Shown: positions 25,519 to 37,154 of the stretch, piece by piece
Layout: every line of letters begins with the position of its first letter
How positions within the stretch are numbered: position 1 is the first letter of the stretch
DNA from: Hormiphora californensis
Taxonomy: Eukaryota; Animalia; Ctenophora
Direction: 5' to 3'
NCBI GenBank assembly: GCA_020137815.1
Contig: CM035351.1
Span: 9,424,001-9,488,000 of the forward strand
DNA: 64,000 bases
Made by a program: the position numbers and the translations under genes
Notes under the pieces: generated by a model
Databases searched by the model: none
The model's input: only the letters and a program-made list of their open reading frames with translations
Told to the model about the DNA's origin: nothing

Positions 25519-25579
25519 ATTGCTAAAATGTTCCTGGTAAGATAGTGACTTCAAATTTTATATTCAGGAAGAACTCGAT

Positions 25580-25721
25580 GAGGCTCGGAAATATTCATGT
25601 CATGCACATTCAAGTCACGCCCACCAATCACAGCATAGAACAGCTCTTGCCGTCCGCACGTTCTGAGCTGTGATTGGTGGGCGTGACTTGAATGTGCATG
25701 ACATGAACATTTCCGAGCCTC
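25580..25721. repeat. Near-perfect hairpin / MITE-like inverted repeat
   Basis: ~56-62 bp arms gaggctcggaaat...caatcacagc / gctgtgattgg...tttccgagcctc around a short loop. Confidence 0.8.
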
Positions 25722-27339
25722 CTAGTAAAGTTGGGGCGCCGTTACGATCTGGGTGTTTGGTGGTCTGTTTACAGGTGCACGCTGCCAAAAAAGTTGATTA
25801 ACTAAAACGGCTCTAACCGCCGAACCACTCAACCGTTTGGCTAATTCAAAGTTTATCTGTTAGAGAATGTCAAGGCCTAACCCCAACCCAAACCAAAATA
25901 CAAATACAAATACAATTATAATTTATATCCCGCTTTTGGGCCTACGCATTGTTAGTGCTAGGAGGACGCCGTTTCAATCAGTCGATTGAAGCAACGCACC
26001 CACCACTAACAAGCCTTCTAAAGCGGCTCTTATAGGATTATAAGATCCTAAAGGCCTTAAAAAACCGTCGGCAGTCATTCGATATAATATATATAAATGT
26101 ATGTAGAAAATAAGGGTTATAAAATATCTAAATAAGAAATAGCGTAATTAATTAGTTGAGTGATTAAGTAGTTAGATAATTGAGAAATTAACTTAATTAA
26201 CTCGTTAGATAATTAACTAGTTAGATAATTAACTGTTGATTAATAAGTACATAGTGTAAATACTAAGTAAGTAGTATAGTTTAATAATTAATTCAAGTAA
26301 AAGGCTAGTGATCTAAAAAGGAGGAGGCGAATAGCTAAGTAATTAGTTAATGGATAAGTAACTGTAACAGGATAACCGATAAGGTAATACACACTAACCA
26401 TATTAATTGCTATATAAGGTTATGATCTAATAAATGGCCTACGGAAAATTCTAAAGAAGCTGGTAATAAATTAATGAATAACGAGGTAGAAAAATAAAAA
26501 GCAAGAGACCAGAGGTCAGTCAGATAGGTTAAATACAAAGCTGTTAATAAATTAATTAATTGGATCGGTAAAAAATAAAATATAAAAAGGCAGGAGACCA
26601 GTGCAATGGCCAGTCAGAATAAGTTAATTAATGCGGTTGGGTTTAAAATTTAATGTACGATAAAAAAACGTTAAGCTAATTATAGTAAGCTGTAAGATAG
26701 ATAACTGTACTAGACGTAAGTATTTAGGTTCTAATTCAAAGTAATTTTAAGGTAACTAGGATAGAGAAGATATAAAATTAAGAGCTGCCCAATTTAGAAA
26801 CTCTAGAGTCTATTCTCCAAACACACTCGTATAAAGTCCATGTATGTTTATCGTCTTGATCTCTTCGAGAACGTAATACCCTCCGTCCCTCCGTGATGTT
26901 CACTGAACATTGTTCAGGCCGGCTCACTCGCTCGCTCAAAGAACCTATGACTCTACTCTAGCCAGAAAGGAAAGAAACTCAAAACACACTGTCACAATAC
27001 AACCAGAAAATATACTCAAAAAAAACTCGACACTCTTGACATGATATCAGACCCCTACTCTACTCATATGTTGGAGGAAAGGACTTCAGATGATGATGTA
27101 GTTATAGGGGATGTAGTCAAAATAGGAATGTAGTAATGATAGGAATGTAGCACAGTAGAGGAATGTAGGACGTAAAAGGAAAGACCTCCCATCCGAGATT
27201 TCACCACAACACAGCCTTTCCCACAGCCTTTCCCACGATGAATCTAAAACTCCAAACCGAGACTCAGCAGATCACCTCAAAACCTCACTTCAAAGCCAAA
27301 AGAGGCACCACTTCAAAAACCCTACCACCACATGCTACA

Positions 27340-27590
27340 CCACCACTTCACATACTTCACCACCACTTCACAGACTCCACCACCACTTCACAGACTCCAC
27401 CGCCACTTCACAGACTCCACCACCACTTCACAGACCTCACCACCACTTCACAGACACCACCACCACTTCACAGACCTCATCACCACTTCACAGACACCAC
27501 CACCACCACTTCACAGACACCACCACCACCACTTCACAGACTCCACCACCACTTCACAGACCCCACCACCACTTCACAGACTCCACCGGA
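27340..27590. repeat. ~21-bp minisatellite in LINE 3' UTR
   Basis: (caccaccacttcacagactc)n, ~11 copies. Confidence 0.85.
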
Positions 27591-27687
27591 AGACCACACT
27601 ACAAACCCCCGATGCAACCAAAGCCTAACACAAACGCCAGGACAGAAAACAAACCACAACCCACACAGAAGACTTCTAACGCCAAAA

Positions 27688-30636
27688 CTACCCAAATGCC
27701 TTTCCAAACAGATGCGTCTTCAGATCTCTTTTAAAACTGTTTAAGGATTCGGCAGATCTAAGTCTTCTTGGCAATTGGTTCCAAAACTTCGGGCCGCATA
27801 CACTGAAGGCACTTTCGTTTAGTTTATACCTAGCCCTTGGTGTCTCCAAGAGAAGGTTGTCGTCATCTTTTCTGAGACTCATAGATTTCCTCCTTCTTTT
27901 TTGAATTCGGTCAGATAAGTAGCCAGGTGCAACACCGTTGACACATTTATACACCAGTACACATACTTTGAACTCAATTCTCTCAGCTACTGGGAGAAAG
28001 TGCAGTGCTTTTCTCAAGTTGGTAGTACCCCTCCATTTTCTCTGGCCATAAATGAACCTTGCAGCAGCATTCTGGATCTTTTGCAGTCTGTCTAAATTCT
28101 TCTTCGTAATACCAGTCAACAGGGAGTTACAGTAGTCCAACTTAGAGTGTATAAGGCTCGCCACAAGGGTAGTCTTTAGTTTCCTTGAAAGTTTACCTCC
28201 TACCCTCCATAGATTCACCAATGTAGCATTACAGGAGTTGACGATTCTGGTCACATGTTCATCAAAAGATAGCCTATCATCAAAATACACTCCCAGATTC
28301 CTCACAGAAGTAGCAACAGGTAAAGGTTCAGCGCCCTCAACCAGCTGGAAAGAGCTTTGAGTATTGGAGTCTTTAGGCGATAATATCAGGATCTCAGTCT
28401 TAGATGGATTGAGACGCAGGAAGCTCGCTGTTAGCCAAGACTGAATGTCCGTGGCACACTTTCGAAGTCTCTGTTCGGTCTCCACAAAGTTCTCAGTCGA
28501 AAAAGCGGCGTATATCTGGGTATCATCAGCATAAAAATGAATATGTACACCATTCCTTAAGGCAATCGATTCCAACTCTGCTGTGTAGCATATAAAAAGA
28601 ATAGGGCCCAAAATAGAACCCTGAGGCACCCCGATACCAATTGCTGTAAGAGTCGACTTAACCTGCCCAACCGATACTGACGCAGTTCTCCCCGTGAGAT
28701 AGCTCTCAAACCATGCTAAAGATGTACCTTTCACCCCATACAACTTCTTAAGTCGTTGCAGCAAGACAGAATGGTTAACAGTATCGAATGCAGCACTCAT
28801 ATCTAAGAGTAAAAGTGCAACCTTCGATTTATCGTCTGTTAGCATTAGTAGATCATCCAGAATGCGGAGAGTCGCCGTCTCACAGCTCTTGTTCGCACGG
28901 TAGGCAGACTGGTTTTTGGGCAGTAACGCATGGTCTTCAAGGTGCTTCACAAACTGATCTGCTGCACATCTCTCGATAAGTTTACCAAGAAAAGGCAAGT
29001 TACTGACGGGTCTATAGTTACCAAGATCATCCGGATCTAGACCAGCTTTCTTGATGAGGGGTCGAATCAGAGCAGTCTTGAGTTCAGAAGGAAAGACCCC
29101 CGTGGTTAAGCTAGAGTTGACGATTTTAGAAAGGATAGGCAATAATTCAGCAAAGAGACTCCGCACATATGATGTGGGAAGAGGATCCAACTCACAATGC
29201 TTTGTCCCCATGTCAAATAAAGTTGCTCGGAGTGTCTCATCAGAGATGCTTGTAAACTCGAAATCAGGCGGTGTGTTGGAATGTGTAGTGGGGTCTTGAA
29301 AGTGGGGCAAGTCTTGTCGTTCCTTATCCATCGCACTGTAGATCTTTTCGACCTTCCCTTTGAAAGCAGCCATAAAAGAATCAGCTAGATCCGTATGTGC
29401 TATGTTAGTAGGTACAACCGCTGGTTTCTGTCTACCCAAGAGATAGTTGGTGGTTTGCCATGTTCCCCGTGGATCATGCCGCTGTCCTTCTAGCTTCGCT
29501 GCAAAAAATTCTTCTCTCACACTCCGTAACACCCGCTCAGTCTCTTTGTCTTGTTCAGCAGAATCCTGGTACAAATTCAACAACTCCATTGGATCTGTTG
29601 ATTTCCCCAATTTACCCCAGTACTTTCTTTCCTTTCTCCTTCGCATCCTCTTGGCTGATTGACATTTATCATAGTTCTGGTTATACCATTGTTCATTTCT
29701 AGTTTTCACTCTTCTGGTTACATATGGTGCTCTCTTGTCCATGAATGATCGAGTTTCAGTATTGAATAGCGCTACACAGTCATCTAAATCATCAGGTAGC
29801 TCCCCACACATATCCGATCCAAGTATGTCACTTCTTAGATCTTCTATATCGAAGTCTTTCATCATTCGACTAGTGACCGTCCTATAGTCTGATGTGGAAC
29901 TTATACCAGAAACCTCCAGGCAGAAGCTCACAAGGGAATGATCTGGTAAAGCCGGAGAACGATATACCTCAACATCACTTAAACCAATGTCTTCGTCTTT
30001 TCTTGTCAGTACCAGGTCTAGTGTTCCACCCCTGGTGTGAGTCGGGCCAACCACATGTTGTAACCAACCCTCTGAATCAATGATGTCCTTAAATCTCCTT
30101 GTAAAACTATCCGCCTCATCTTGGAACCTAACGTTAAAGTCTCCAAGGATCACAGGAACACCACCTTTCGATACGAATGAGGATAGATAGTCACTAAACT
30201 CAGTAAGGAATTGGGCATGTTCATTCCCCGTTCTGTAGACAACTGAAAAGCGAAGTCCTACCCTTCCCTTTACAAATGCCTCGGTACATTCAAATGAAGT
30301 AGATTTGATGTTATAAGTAGTAAACTTGATGTCATCCCGGAAAATGAAACCAACTCCTCCTCCTTTTTTCCCATTACGTCTCGCAGTATTAACCAATGTA
30401 AAGCCAAACTCTTTAAACTCTACAGCCAATGCCGATTCATCTTGATTGAGCCAGGTCTCTGTTAGTGCTAAGCAGGAAAGATTATGTTGAACCATTAACT
30501 CGATAATGGAGTACACCTTATTCCTTAGCGAGAAGCAGTTTGCCAGACCAACCTTCAAAGTCCTGTTTTTCAGTAGTTGTCCTTTATCGTTTCTTAGTTT
30601 TTTGAGTTCCTGAGTTTGAGGAGGTATACTGGACAA
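27688..30636 (-). CDS. LINE ORF2: APE endonuclease + reverse transcriptase
   Basis: 982-codon open frame: LTETWL, LGDFN, THTRGGTLDLV, PDH (APE); YRPVSNL, LLDMSAAFDTVNH, GVPQGSILGP, YADDTQ (RT). Confidence 0.95.
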   Translation of the reverse strand: MSSIPPQTQELKKLRNDKGQLLKNRTLKVGLANCFSLRNKVYSIIELMVQHNLSCLALTETWLNQDESALAVEFKEFGFTLVNTARRNGKKGGGVGFIFRDDIKFTTYNIKSTSFECTEAFVKGRVGLRFSVVYRTGNEHAQFLTEFSDYLSSFVSKGGVPVILGDFNVRFQDEADSFTRRFKDIIDSEGWLQHVVGPTHTRGGTLDLVLTRKDEDIGLSDVEVYRSPALPDHSLVSFCLEVSGISSTSDYRTVTSRMMKDFDIEDLRSDILGSDMCGELPDDLDDCVALFNTETRSFMDKRAPYVTRRVKTRNEQWYNQNYDKCQSAKRMRRRKERKYWGKLGKSTDPMELLNLYQDSAEQDKETERVLRSVREEFFAAKLEGQRHDPRGTWQTTNYLLGRQKPAVVPTNIAHTDLADSFMAAFKGKVEKIYSAMDKERQDLPHFQDPTTHSNTPPDFEFTSISDETLRATLFDMGTKHCELDPLPTSYVRSLFAELLPILSKIVNSSLTTGVFPSELKTALIRPLIKKAGLDPDDLGNYRPVSNLPFLGKLIERCAADQFVKHLEDHALLPKNQSAYRANKSCETATLRILDDLLMLTDDKSKVALLLLDMSAAFDTVNHSVLLQRLKKLYGVKGTSLAWFESYLTGRTASVSVGQVKSTLTAIGIGVPQGSILGPILFICYTAELESIALRNGVHIHFYADDTQIYAAFSTENFVETEQRLRKCATDIQSWLTASFLRLNPSKTEILILSPKDSNTQSSFQLVEGAEPLPVATSVRNLGVYFDDRLSFDEHVTRIVNSCNATLVNLWRVGGKLSRKLKTTLVASLIHSKLDYCNSLLTGITKKNLDRLQKIQNAAARFIYGQRKWRGTTNLRKALHFLPVAERIEFKVCVLVYKCVNGVAPGYLSDRIQKRRRKSMSLRKDDDNLLLETPRARYKLNESAFSVCGPKFWNQLPRRLRSAESLNSFKRDLKTHLFGKAFG

Positions 30637-31700
30637 TCCAAAGATCCCGCATTATGGTAATATGCTCTTCCTCGTAGTTGTGTATCCCTCGATTTCATAC
30701 AGTTAGCACAACAGACCCTCGACATGTCCGGACAGCGTCTGGTATCATGAGATCCGGCACAGAACTTGCAAGTATAACTTGTCTGTTCACATTCATTAGA
30801 CTTATGACCATACCTTTGACATTTATAACACTGTGGGATATAATGACGGTCTTCAACCCTGCAGGAACTGTTTCCAATAAATACACGTCCCTTACGTGTC
30901 AGCAAGTCCCTAATGTCGCATGACACTCTCACCCCCACTGGTGCAGTTTCCCTATTTCCGCTCTTACCTACATATACCACATCGAACTTGTCACCCCTTT
31001 CAATCAAATCTCTCAGAGCAGGGTTCTTTATCTTAACAGCCTCTGTAATCTTCGCATTCAGCTCATCCCGTACAGAAGCATCCCGTGCAGAAGCATTCCG
31101 TGCAGAAACCGCCGATGGCAAAGGAAAGTCTCTGATGGTTATTTTCGGGTGACGGACCGATTTGGTAACTTGTGCATTCTCTGGGATAATTTCAGTCAAT
31201 CGTTTTTCTGCAGAGGACAGAGTCTCTTCATCTGGAAGAGCTATGATAACACTCCCATCCTTCTCCTGTCTAAGGTACGTTAAAGGGGTCTTACTTAGGG
31301 CTTCCGAGGCACGATCAACAAAACCCTCTCCTCCATTCTTCACCACAATCTTACCAGTCGTTTGCTTTTTTGCTACATCTGCAAAAGAACCCCGCTCAAC
31401 CCCAGCTCTATCCTCTAAACCACTCCCTTCCACACTATATTCGACCAGTTTGTCAGCTATCTTGCTGACCAGACAGTCAACTTTCAACCCACAAGCCGCA
31501 ACAACCATCGATGCTATTCTCTCACAGGTCCCGTCATTTAGAACCACCCCTACAGCATCCGCCTCAGTAGGCGCCCCACCCTCAACTGAACCCTCAACTG
31601 AACCCTCAACTGGACTACTAACCTCAGCTAAACAACAACCACCCTGAACACGACCATAGCATCCCTCGCACAACCAACACCAACCCCTTCCAGTACTCAC
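30594..31700 (-). CDS. LINE ORF1 (gag-like, CCHC knuckles; truncated PHD-like N-terminus)
   Basis: CYKCQRYGHKSNEC, CKFCAGSHDTRRC, CANC..H..C; begins without ATG at WCWLCEGC. Confidence 0.85.
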   Translation of the reverse strand: MSTGRGWCWLCEGCYGRVQGGCCLAEVSSPVEGSVEGSVEGGAPTEADAVGVVLNDGTCERIASMVVAACGLKVDCLVSKIADKLVEYSVEGSGLEDRAGVERGSFADVAKKQTTGKIVVKNGGEGFVDRASEALSKTPLTYLRQEKDGSVIIALPDEETLSSAEKRLTEIIPENAQVTKSVRHPKITIRDFPLPSAVSARNASARDASVRDELNAKITEAVKIKNPALRDLIERGDKFDVVYVGKSGNRETAPVGVRVSCDIRDLLTRKGRVFIGNSSCRVEDRHYIPQCYKCQRYGHKSNECEQTSYTCKFCAGSHDTRRCPDMSRVCCANCMKSRDTQLRGRAYYHNAGSLDCPVYLLKLRNSKN

Positions 31701-32232
31701 ATCTGTGTTGTCCTAACCCTACTTTAGCCCTAACCCTAAAAACCGTTTGTCAGCACTCACGAAACACCCAGATTTTAACGTTGGCCTATGCTACAGGCCC
31801 TAAAGCATTTCCTAGAAGCCGTGGAAAACGCGCGCACTTGGGGTCTGCAGCGCATGCCAAATTTTAACGCTGGCCGTAAAGTTGGCAGCTGCTGATTTTT
31901 TTCAAGCGAATAATTAAGATAAGGTGCGCGCGTATGCGCGGCGTTTATTCTTGTTTTGCGCGTCACCATTTTCGGCGCGTAAAAATATAACCATTTTTTA
32001 AATTGCCATCCCAACTTTTTTATTTGTAAATCCCGTTCGCATGCGCTTGTCAGCGCTCAGTTGTGATACCTCGAGAAACACAACGAATATCACTGATTCG
32101 CAGATGTTGCCTCGAAGATTGATGCCATTGCATTGTTTTTTAAGTCTACTTGAACATTGTTCGTATTTCGTGTACTGAATCACTGATATTTTAGTGCGAG
32201 GTTGATGAATTTGATAACGGTGGCGTGGTGTT

Positions 32233-32835
32233 ATGCTCGGAACGTTCAAGACTTCGCTCTCAGAGGCGTATGAGGGAAGTCTACGAAGCCTACTGTACCG
32301 TCTCATCAATAGAAAACATTCCTACATGTACACCCCAACAGTAGACTCCCAATCTGTGGTGCAGGAGTCGATTATGGCAGAGCTTGATTTAACCGTTAAA
32401 TTCTTTGAGAAAAGGGAGTTTGAGATTTTCAAGGAGAAAGCCCGACAAAGCTCCAAAGCCGATTACACGTGGCTCATCACTGTTCCAATTAAATCCTACA
32501 AAATCCGACCATTGGAGAGAATGGAGATCGAGACACTGGCCTACCAGATCAAACCCGAACACTTGAACACATGCATCAGACAATTTCGAAAACAAATCAA
32601 CATTGAAACGGAGACAGATGATCTCTCCGGCATGATGAAACAAACTTTACGTAAAATTTTAGGAGAGTACGAGGTCCTGAGGTACACTTCAGAACTGAAC
32701 AAAATGGGACTTTTGAAGCGGATACGATCTGAGACACGAGTCTATCCAGCAACTGGGGAACATCAACACCAACTACAACATCAGGCAGTTATTGCTAACT
32801 CGAACAGTTTGTCATTTGCAGACCACCTGGTATGA
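32233..32835 (+). CDS. RD3 (retinal degeneration 3)-family protein, intronless
   Basis: ESIMAEL...DYTWLITVPIKSYKIRPLERMEIETLAYQIKPEHLNTCIRQFRK resembles RD3 DYSWLA..Y.L.P.ERLQLE.VC.KI.P...G.AI.RFR. Confidence 0.75.
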   Translation: MLGTFKTSLSEAYEGSLRSLLYRLINRKHSYMYTPTVDSQSVVQESIMAELDLTVKFFEKREFEIFKEKARQSSKADYTWLITVPIKSYKIRPLERMEIETLAYQIKPEHLNTCIRQFRKQINIETETDDLSGMMKQTLRKILGEYEVLRYTSELNKMGLLKRIRSETRVYPATGEHQHQLQHQAVIANSNSLSFADHLV

Positions 32836-33097
32836 TTGAGGGGTGTGTGACATGAGTTAAATATATATTTGGGGAGTTTTGTAAGATTTTTACAAATCTA
32901 ATTACCAGCATTTAAATGCAGCGAATAACCGATGTGATTATATTACACTTTACATAGAAACACACGCTAAAGTCGTCAAAAATATGTACCCCCACTACCC
33001 CTAGTACTACAGCAACAGGGACCCTTAATCACACTAAACTGTACTCTGTGTACACTGTACTCTGTACGCTCCCTGAACCACACATGTTGTCTAATGT

Positions 33098-36000
33098 CTA
33101 GCTTGCTTGAAACCTCTCCTTGTGCTGCTCAAAGAAAGGGTCTGGTGCAAACTATACAACAAATGGTGACCACTCAACGTGCCCTATTATATATTGCTCT
33201 CTTTACTGACACCCAATGCCCACTGTATAGGACACTGCTCTGGTGATATCAATTATAAATCTAGATATATTGTTCACTATTTACAAGACTATTTACAGAG
33301 TTCACATCAAAATGTTGAACCGTGGATAACCGACCGTTTAACCAGTAGCCCAGTGCTTTTAGGACGGGACATCAGCTTCTTGCCATCCCCAGTATTCAGC
33401 CTCCTGGACCGTGCTCCCAGGGTGGTATTAGGTCGGGTTGTGGCCGCTGACATGGGCTGTGATGACGTCATTATCGTCTCGTACTCGTTCAACTGTGGAT
33501 AAGGGGGATGGTTAGCAGCAGATAAAGTTGTTATAGTTTTGAGGGGATGAAATAAGGCTCGAATCTGGTCCCAAGTGTATCAGCACTGCTGCTGGGTTCA
33601 TGTGGATATATTTTACACTCCTAAGTGAGGGCAGTTATGTCTCACTAGGGCGTCACAGGGGGATAGAATTACAAAATGAGTAGTATGTAACATCATATTG
33701 AAACTACCTGGTCCTGCAGCTCCTCAACTCTACTGAATGCCTCTCTCTTCATGTTGGTTGTCTTGTTCAGCTGGTAGTTGATCTTCTTAATCAGTTTATC
33801 TCTCTTTGTACTTTCCTGACTGAATAACTTGGTGGCATAATCATGCTCTGTCTCTAATTCCTTCATCTTGTCCTCCTTAGTCGCCAGTTCACTGATCACC
33901 AAGTCGTAGTTGTGTGGTTTTCTAGCCTCCGCACGGAGTGTCTCTATCTCCTTGGTCAAGAGGGCCACCCTTCTCTCTGCCTCCCTCTTCGTTTCCTCTA
34001 CCTGCCGTTTCAATCCCCTAATTTCACGTTCTGAGTTCAGGGCAGCAGTCTTCTTTGCCTCGTTATCTTGTCTCACGTTTACCAGCTCCTGCTCCTGTTT
34101 CAGGGCTAGTTCCAGCTTCTCTCGTTCAGATTTTAGGAGCTGCTCACGGAGGGTACCTGACGGAGAGTGGTGTCACAACAACCTTACTACTCACTGGCAC
34201 CAGGCATGGTATGATCGGTATTTGGGATGATGTCATCATGTTACAAATCAAATCTGCAAACCTTCTTTTTGTGGTAGTGCGACCTGACACCGTAGTCCTT
34301 CCAGGTGCTCACAGATCGCAACTTGCACAACAACTTCGCTAGTTCGCTGTTTTCTTTCTGAAAATATGGGAATACATTTGAATTGTGTCATGTTTGGGGT
34401 ACAGGAAACAATAAAAGCTGTACTGTTGATGTTTTTATTCAGGCATTATGGGCTCTGATTCTCACTACATATTCTCTCTGTATGTCTCTCCATCTGCTAT
34501 CTCTCACCATCTCACCCTCCCTGCTGCTCTACATTATCCAATATTCCTCCGCTTATTGACGCACTAGAAGCCCTCTCCTATATAGGCTAATACAGTAATA
34601 TTGCAATACGGGCCCATTATATTTCTAGAAGGATGTAGCCCATTACAAATAGTAAGTGGACCCTCAAGGGCTGTCTCTACAAGATGTAGCACTGTAGTTA
34701 CTACACAGATCACACGTCGTATCTCATGGTCAGGAAATTACAAAGAAACTCAAACATGAACAAAGACATTACCTCGGTGAAGTTTATCATAAACTTTATG
34801 GAACAAAGAGCATGACTCAAACCTTACTGTATGGTCTGAGCAGCTAACTGTGCCGTTTAAACTCCCCCTCCCCGTTTAACTCCCCCACCTCGACCCCAAC
34901 CCCCTTGGAACCCCCGTTTATCTCACCTCGAGGTCGGCGACTGATTTTGCGTCCTCGGCAAACTTAGAGAGCCGGTCCTCTGTCCCATGAAGGGATTGCC
35001 GTCTAACTACCCGCATCTTGTCTATAGCCGAGATCTTGACCCCCTTTATACTGTCCCTACATTCCTGAGTTAACTGCTCCCTGAAGTGTTGTGGATGTTA
35101 GACCAGACATGAAGGTTAACAGACATGGAGGTTAACAAATGATAGAGGGATGGTGCCTAAACCACATCACTATTCTGTAAGGGTGACTCACTTGAACTCG
35201 TCGAATCTGTGTCGTAGTGTGTTACAGGTACTGAACATGTTGTGAACTAGTTCATTATACTCCGCCCTCAACTTCTCCCTCATGTTCCGCTCCTGAAAGA
35301 TTATAGGTGTTGTAGATAGGTGTTCATTTTGGATCTTTACAAGCGTTGGCCTTCACCCAGAAGAAAGTTGACAAGATCAGGTCATGAAACTTCATACTTG
35401 GACTATTCTATACCCTCATTCAAGGTTCCTGGTGGTTTTGGAGCTCTAGCACCCCGGGAAGTGTGTTTTTGGCATCAAAACTACCAGAAGGAATTTTTTG
35501 CTGGTGCTGAGACTTTGCTAAAATGTTTTTTGGGTATTTTCTATGTCAATCCTAAAGTTTCATAGAGATTGGATGTGTTTTTCGCACTCAAAATGTCGAT
35601 AAAAGTGGCTGGAAAGGCTCGAACACAGCTCAAAAACGGCTAAAATTGAGTCTTTCCAGCCACTTTTATCGAAATTTTGAGTCCGAAAAACACATCCAAT
35701 CTCTATGAAACTTTAGGATTGACATAGAAAATACCCAAAAAACATTTTAGCAAAGTCTCAGCACCAGCAAAAATTCCTTCTGGTAGTTTTGATGCCAAAA
35801 ACACACTTCCCGGGGTCCTAAAGCTCCAAAACACCCAGGAACCTTGAATGAGGGTATAGAATAGCCCAAGTATGAAGTTTCATGACCTGATCTTGTCAAC
35901 TTTTTTCTGGGTGAAGGCCAACGCTTGTAAAGATCCAAAATGAACACCCTGTAGATAGGTGTTGCGTTGTTGTTATGCCCAACAAAATATTGTGATCTCT

Positions 36001-36284
36001 TCACGCAGGATCTCCCCAGGATCCTTCTTCGATAACTCCCGCCCCTCATATATCTCTCATTCTTCCCTCCCTCGCTTTGTTTTATGGGGAATACGTGTTT
36101 GGTTGCAGGTGGAGATGTGGCACTGGGCTTGTCAGGCCCTCAGATTATATGTACATGCGGCATCCTTGCTATACCAAGATTAATTTCATTGGCTTATTAG
36201 AGTTCCAGGAAAGTTATAGAGAGTGGTGTAGTAGCTAAGTGGATATAAATATTTGCAGGTCGTGTTTGCTCTACTCTCCCAGAG

Positions 36285-36376
<92 letters not shown>

Positions 36377-37060
36377 TTAAAATTATTTTGTACACCATTC
36401 GACTAATTAAACCTAAAAAGTCGTGCGAACTTGCGGAGTGAGAATACAAAAAGAGAGAATACTAAAAATATAGAAAGAGGGAGGTACAACGTTTAGCATA
36501 TATGCATGATATTGCATGTCGCCGTGAGATTTTGGGCAAAAACAGGGAGCTAGAGCACTCTCTGTCGCCCAGTCTCTAGACGGTACACCGCTGTAACTAA
36601 TGGCCCACCCACTGACGGATAATGTGATCCAGATATCTCATGTTGCACAGGATCAACAAACAATAACAACCTCCTCCTTCACAGGTCAACTAAAATTCAC
36701 TCACCAGGCTGTTTTGTTCCTCCTTCATCTCTGAGATCTTGGCACGGAGCCCAGTTAGCTCAATGACCAGGTCATCAGCCCTGTCGATTAGCATACTCTG
36801 CAGCGTCGTGTCTGTGATGTCGCGGGATAACATCAACTCTCGACCCACTTGGGTTACCTGAGAGGGTTGGGGGTAACATAATGGGAATTGGGCGAGCAGT
36901 TCAGGGAGTTAGGAGAGAGGAGATCTCTGCTGAGTAGATTTGGGCGAGGATTTAGCGATAAATAGAAGTGGGATACCAAATGAAGTCTCTCTGTTGGTAG
37001 CACAAAGGTCAAAGGATCATCATAATGTCCTAATTTTACCAGCCCAAATGACGTCCTACT

Positions 37061-37154
<94 letters not shown>

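Larger units (their letters stand above)
25892..31711 (-). mobile_element. L2/CR1-group non-LTR retrotransposon, probably 5'-truncated
   Basis: ORF1 + APE/RT ORF2; 3' end aaaagcgggatataaattataat followed by a (TATTTG)n tail at ~25892-25915; both flanks are degenerate CCCTAA tracts. Confidence 0.85.

Noticed and set aside
27238-27744. 168-aa His/Thr/Pro ORF antisense to the LINE
   Set aside because: Explained by a stop-free 21-bp minisatellite.
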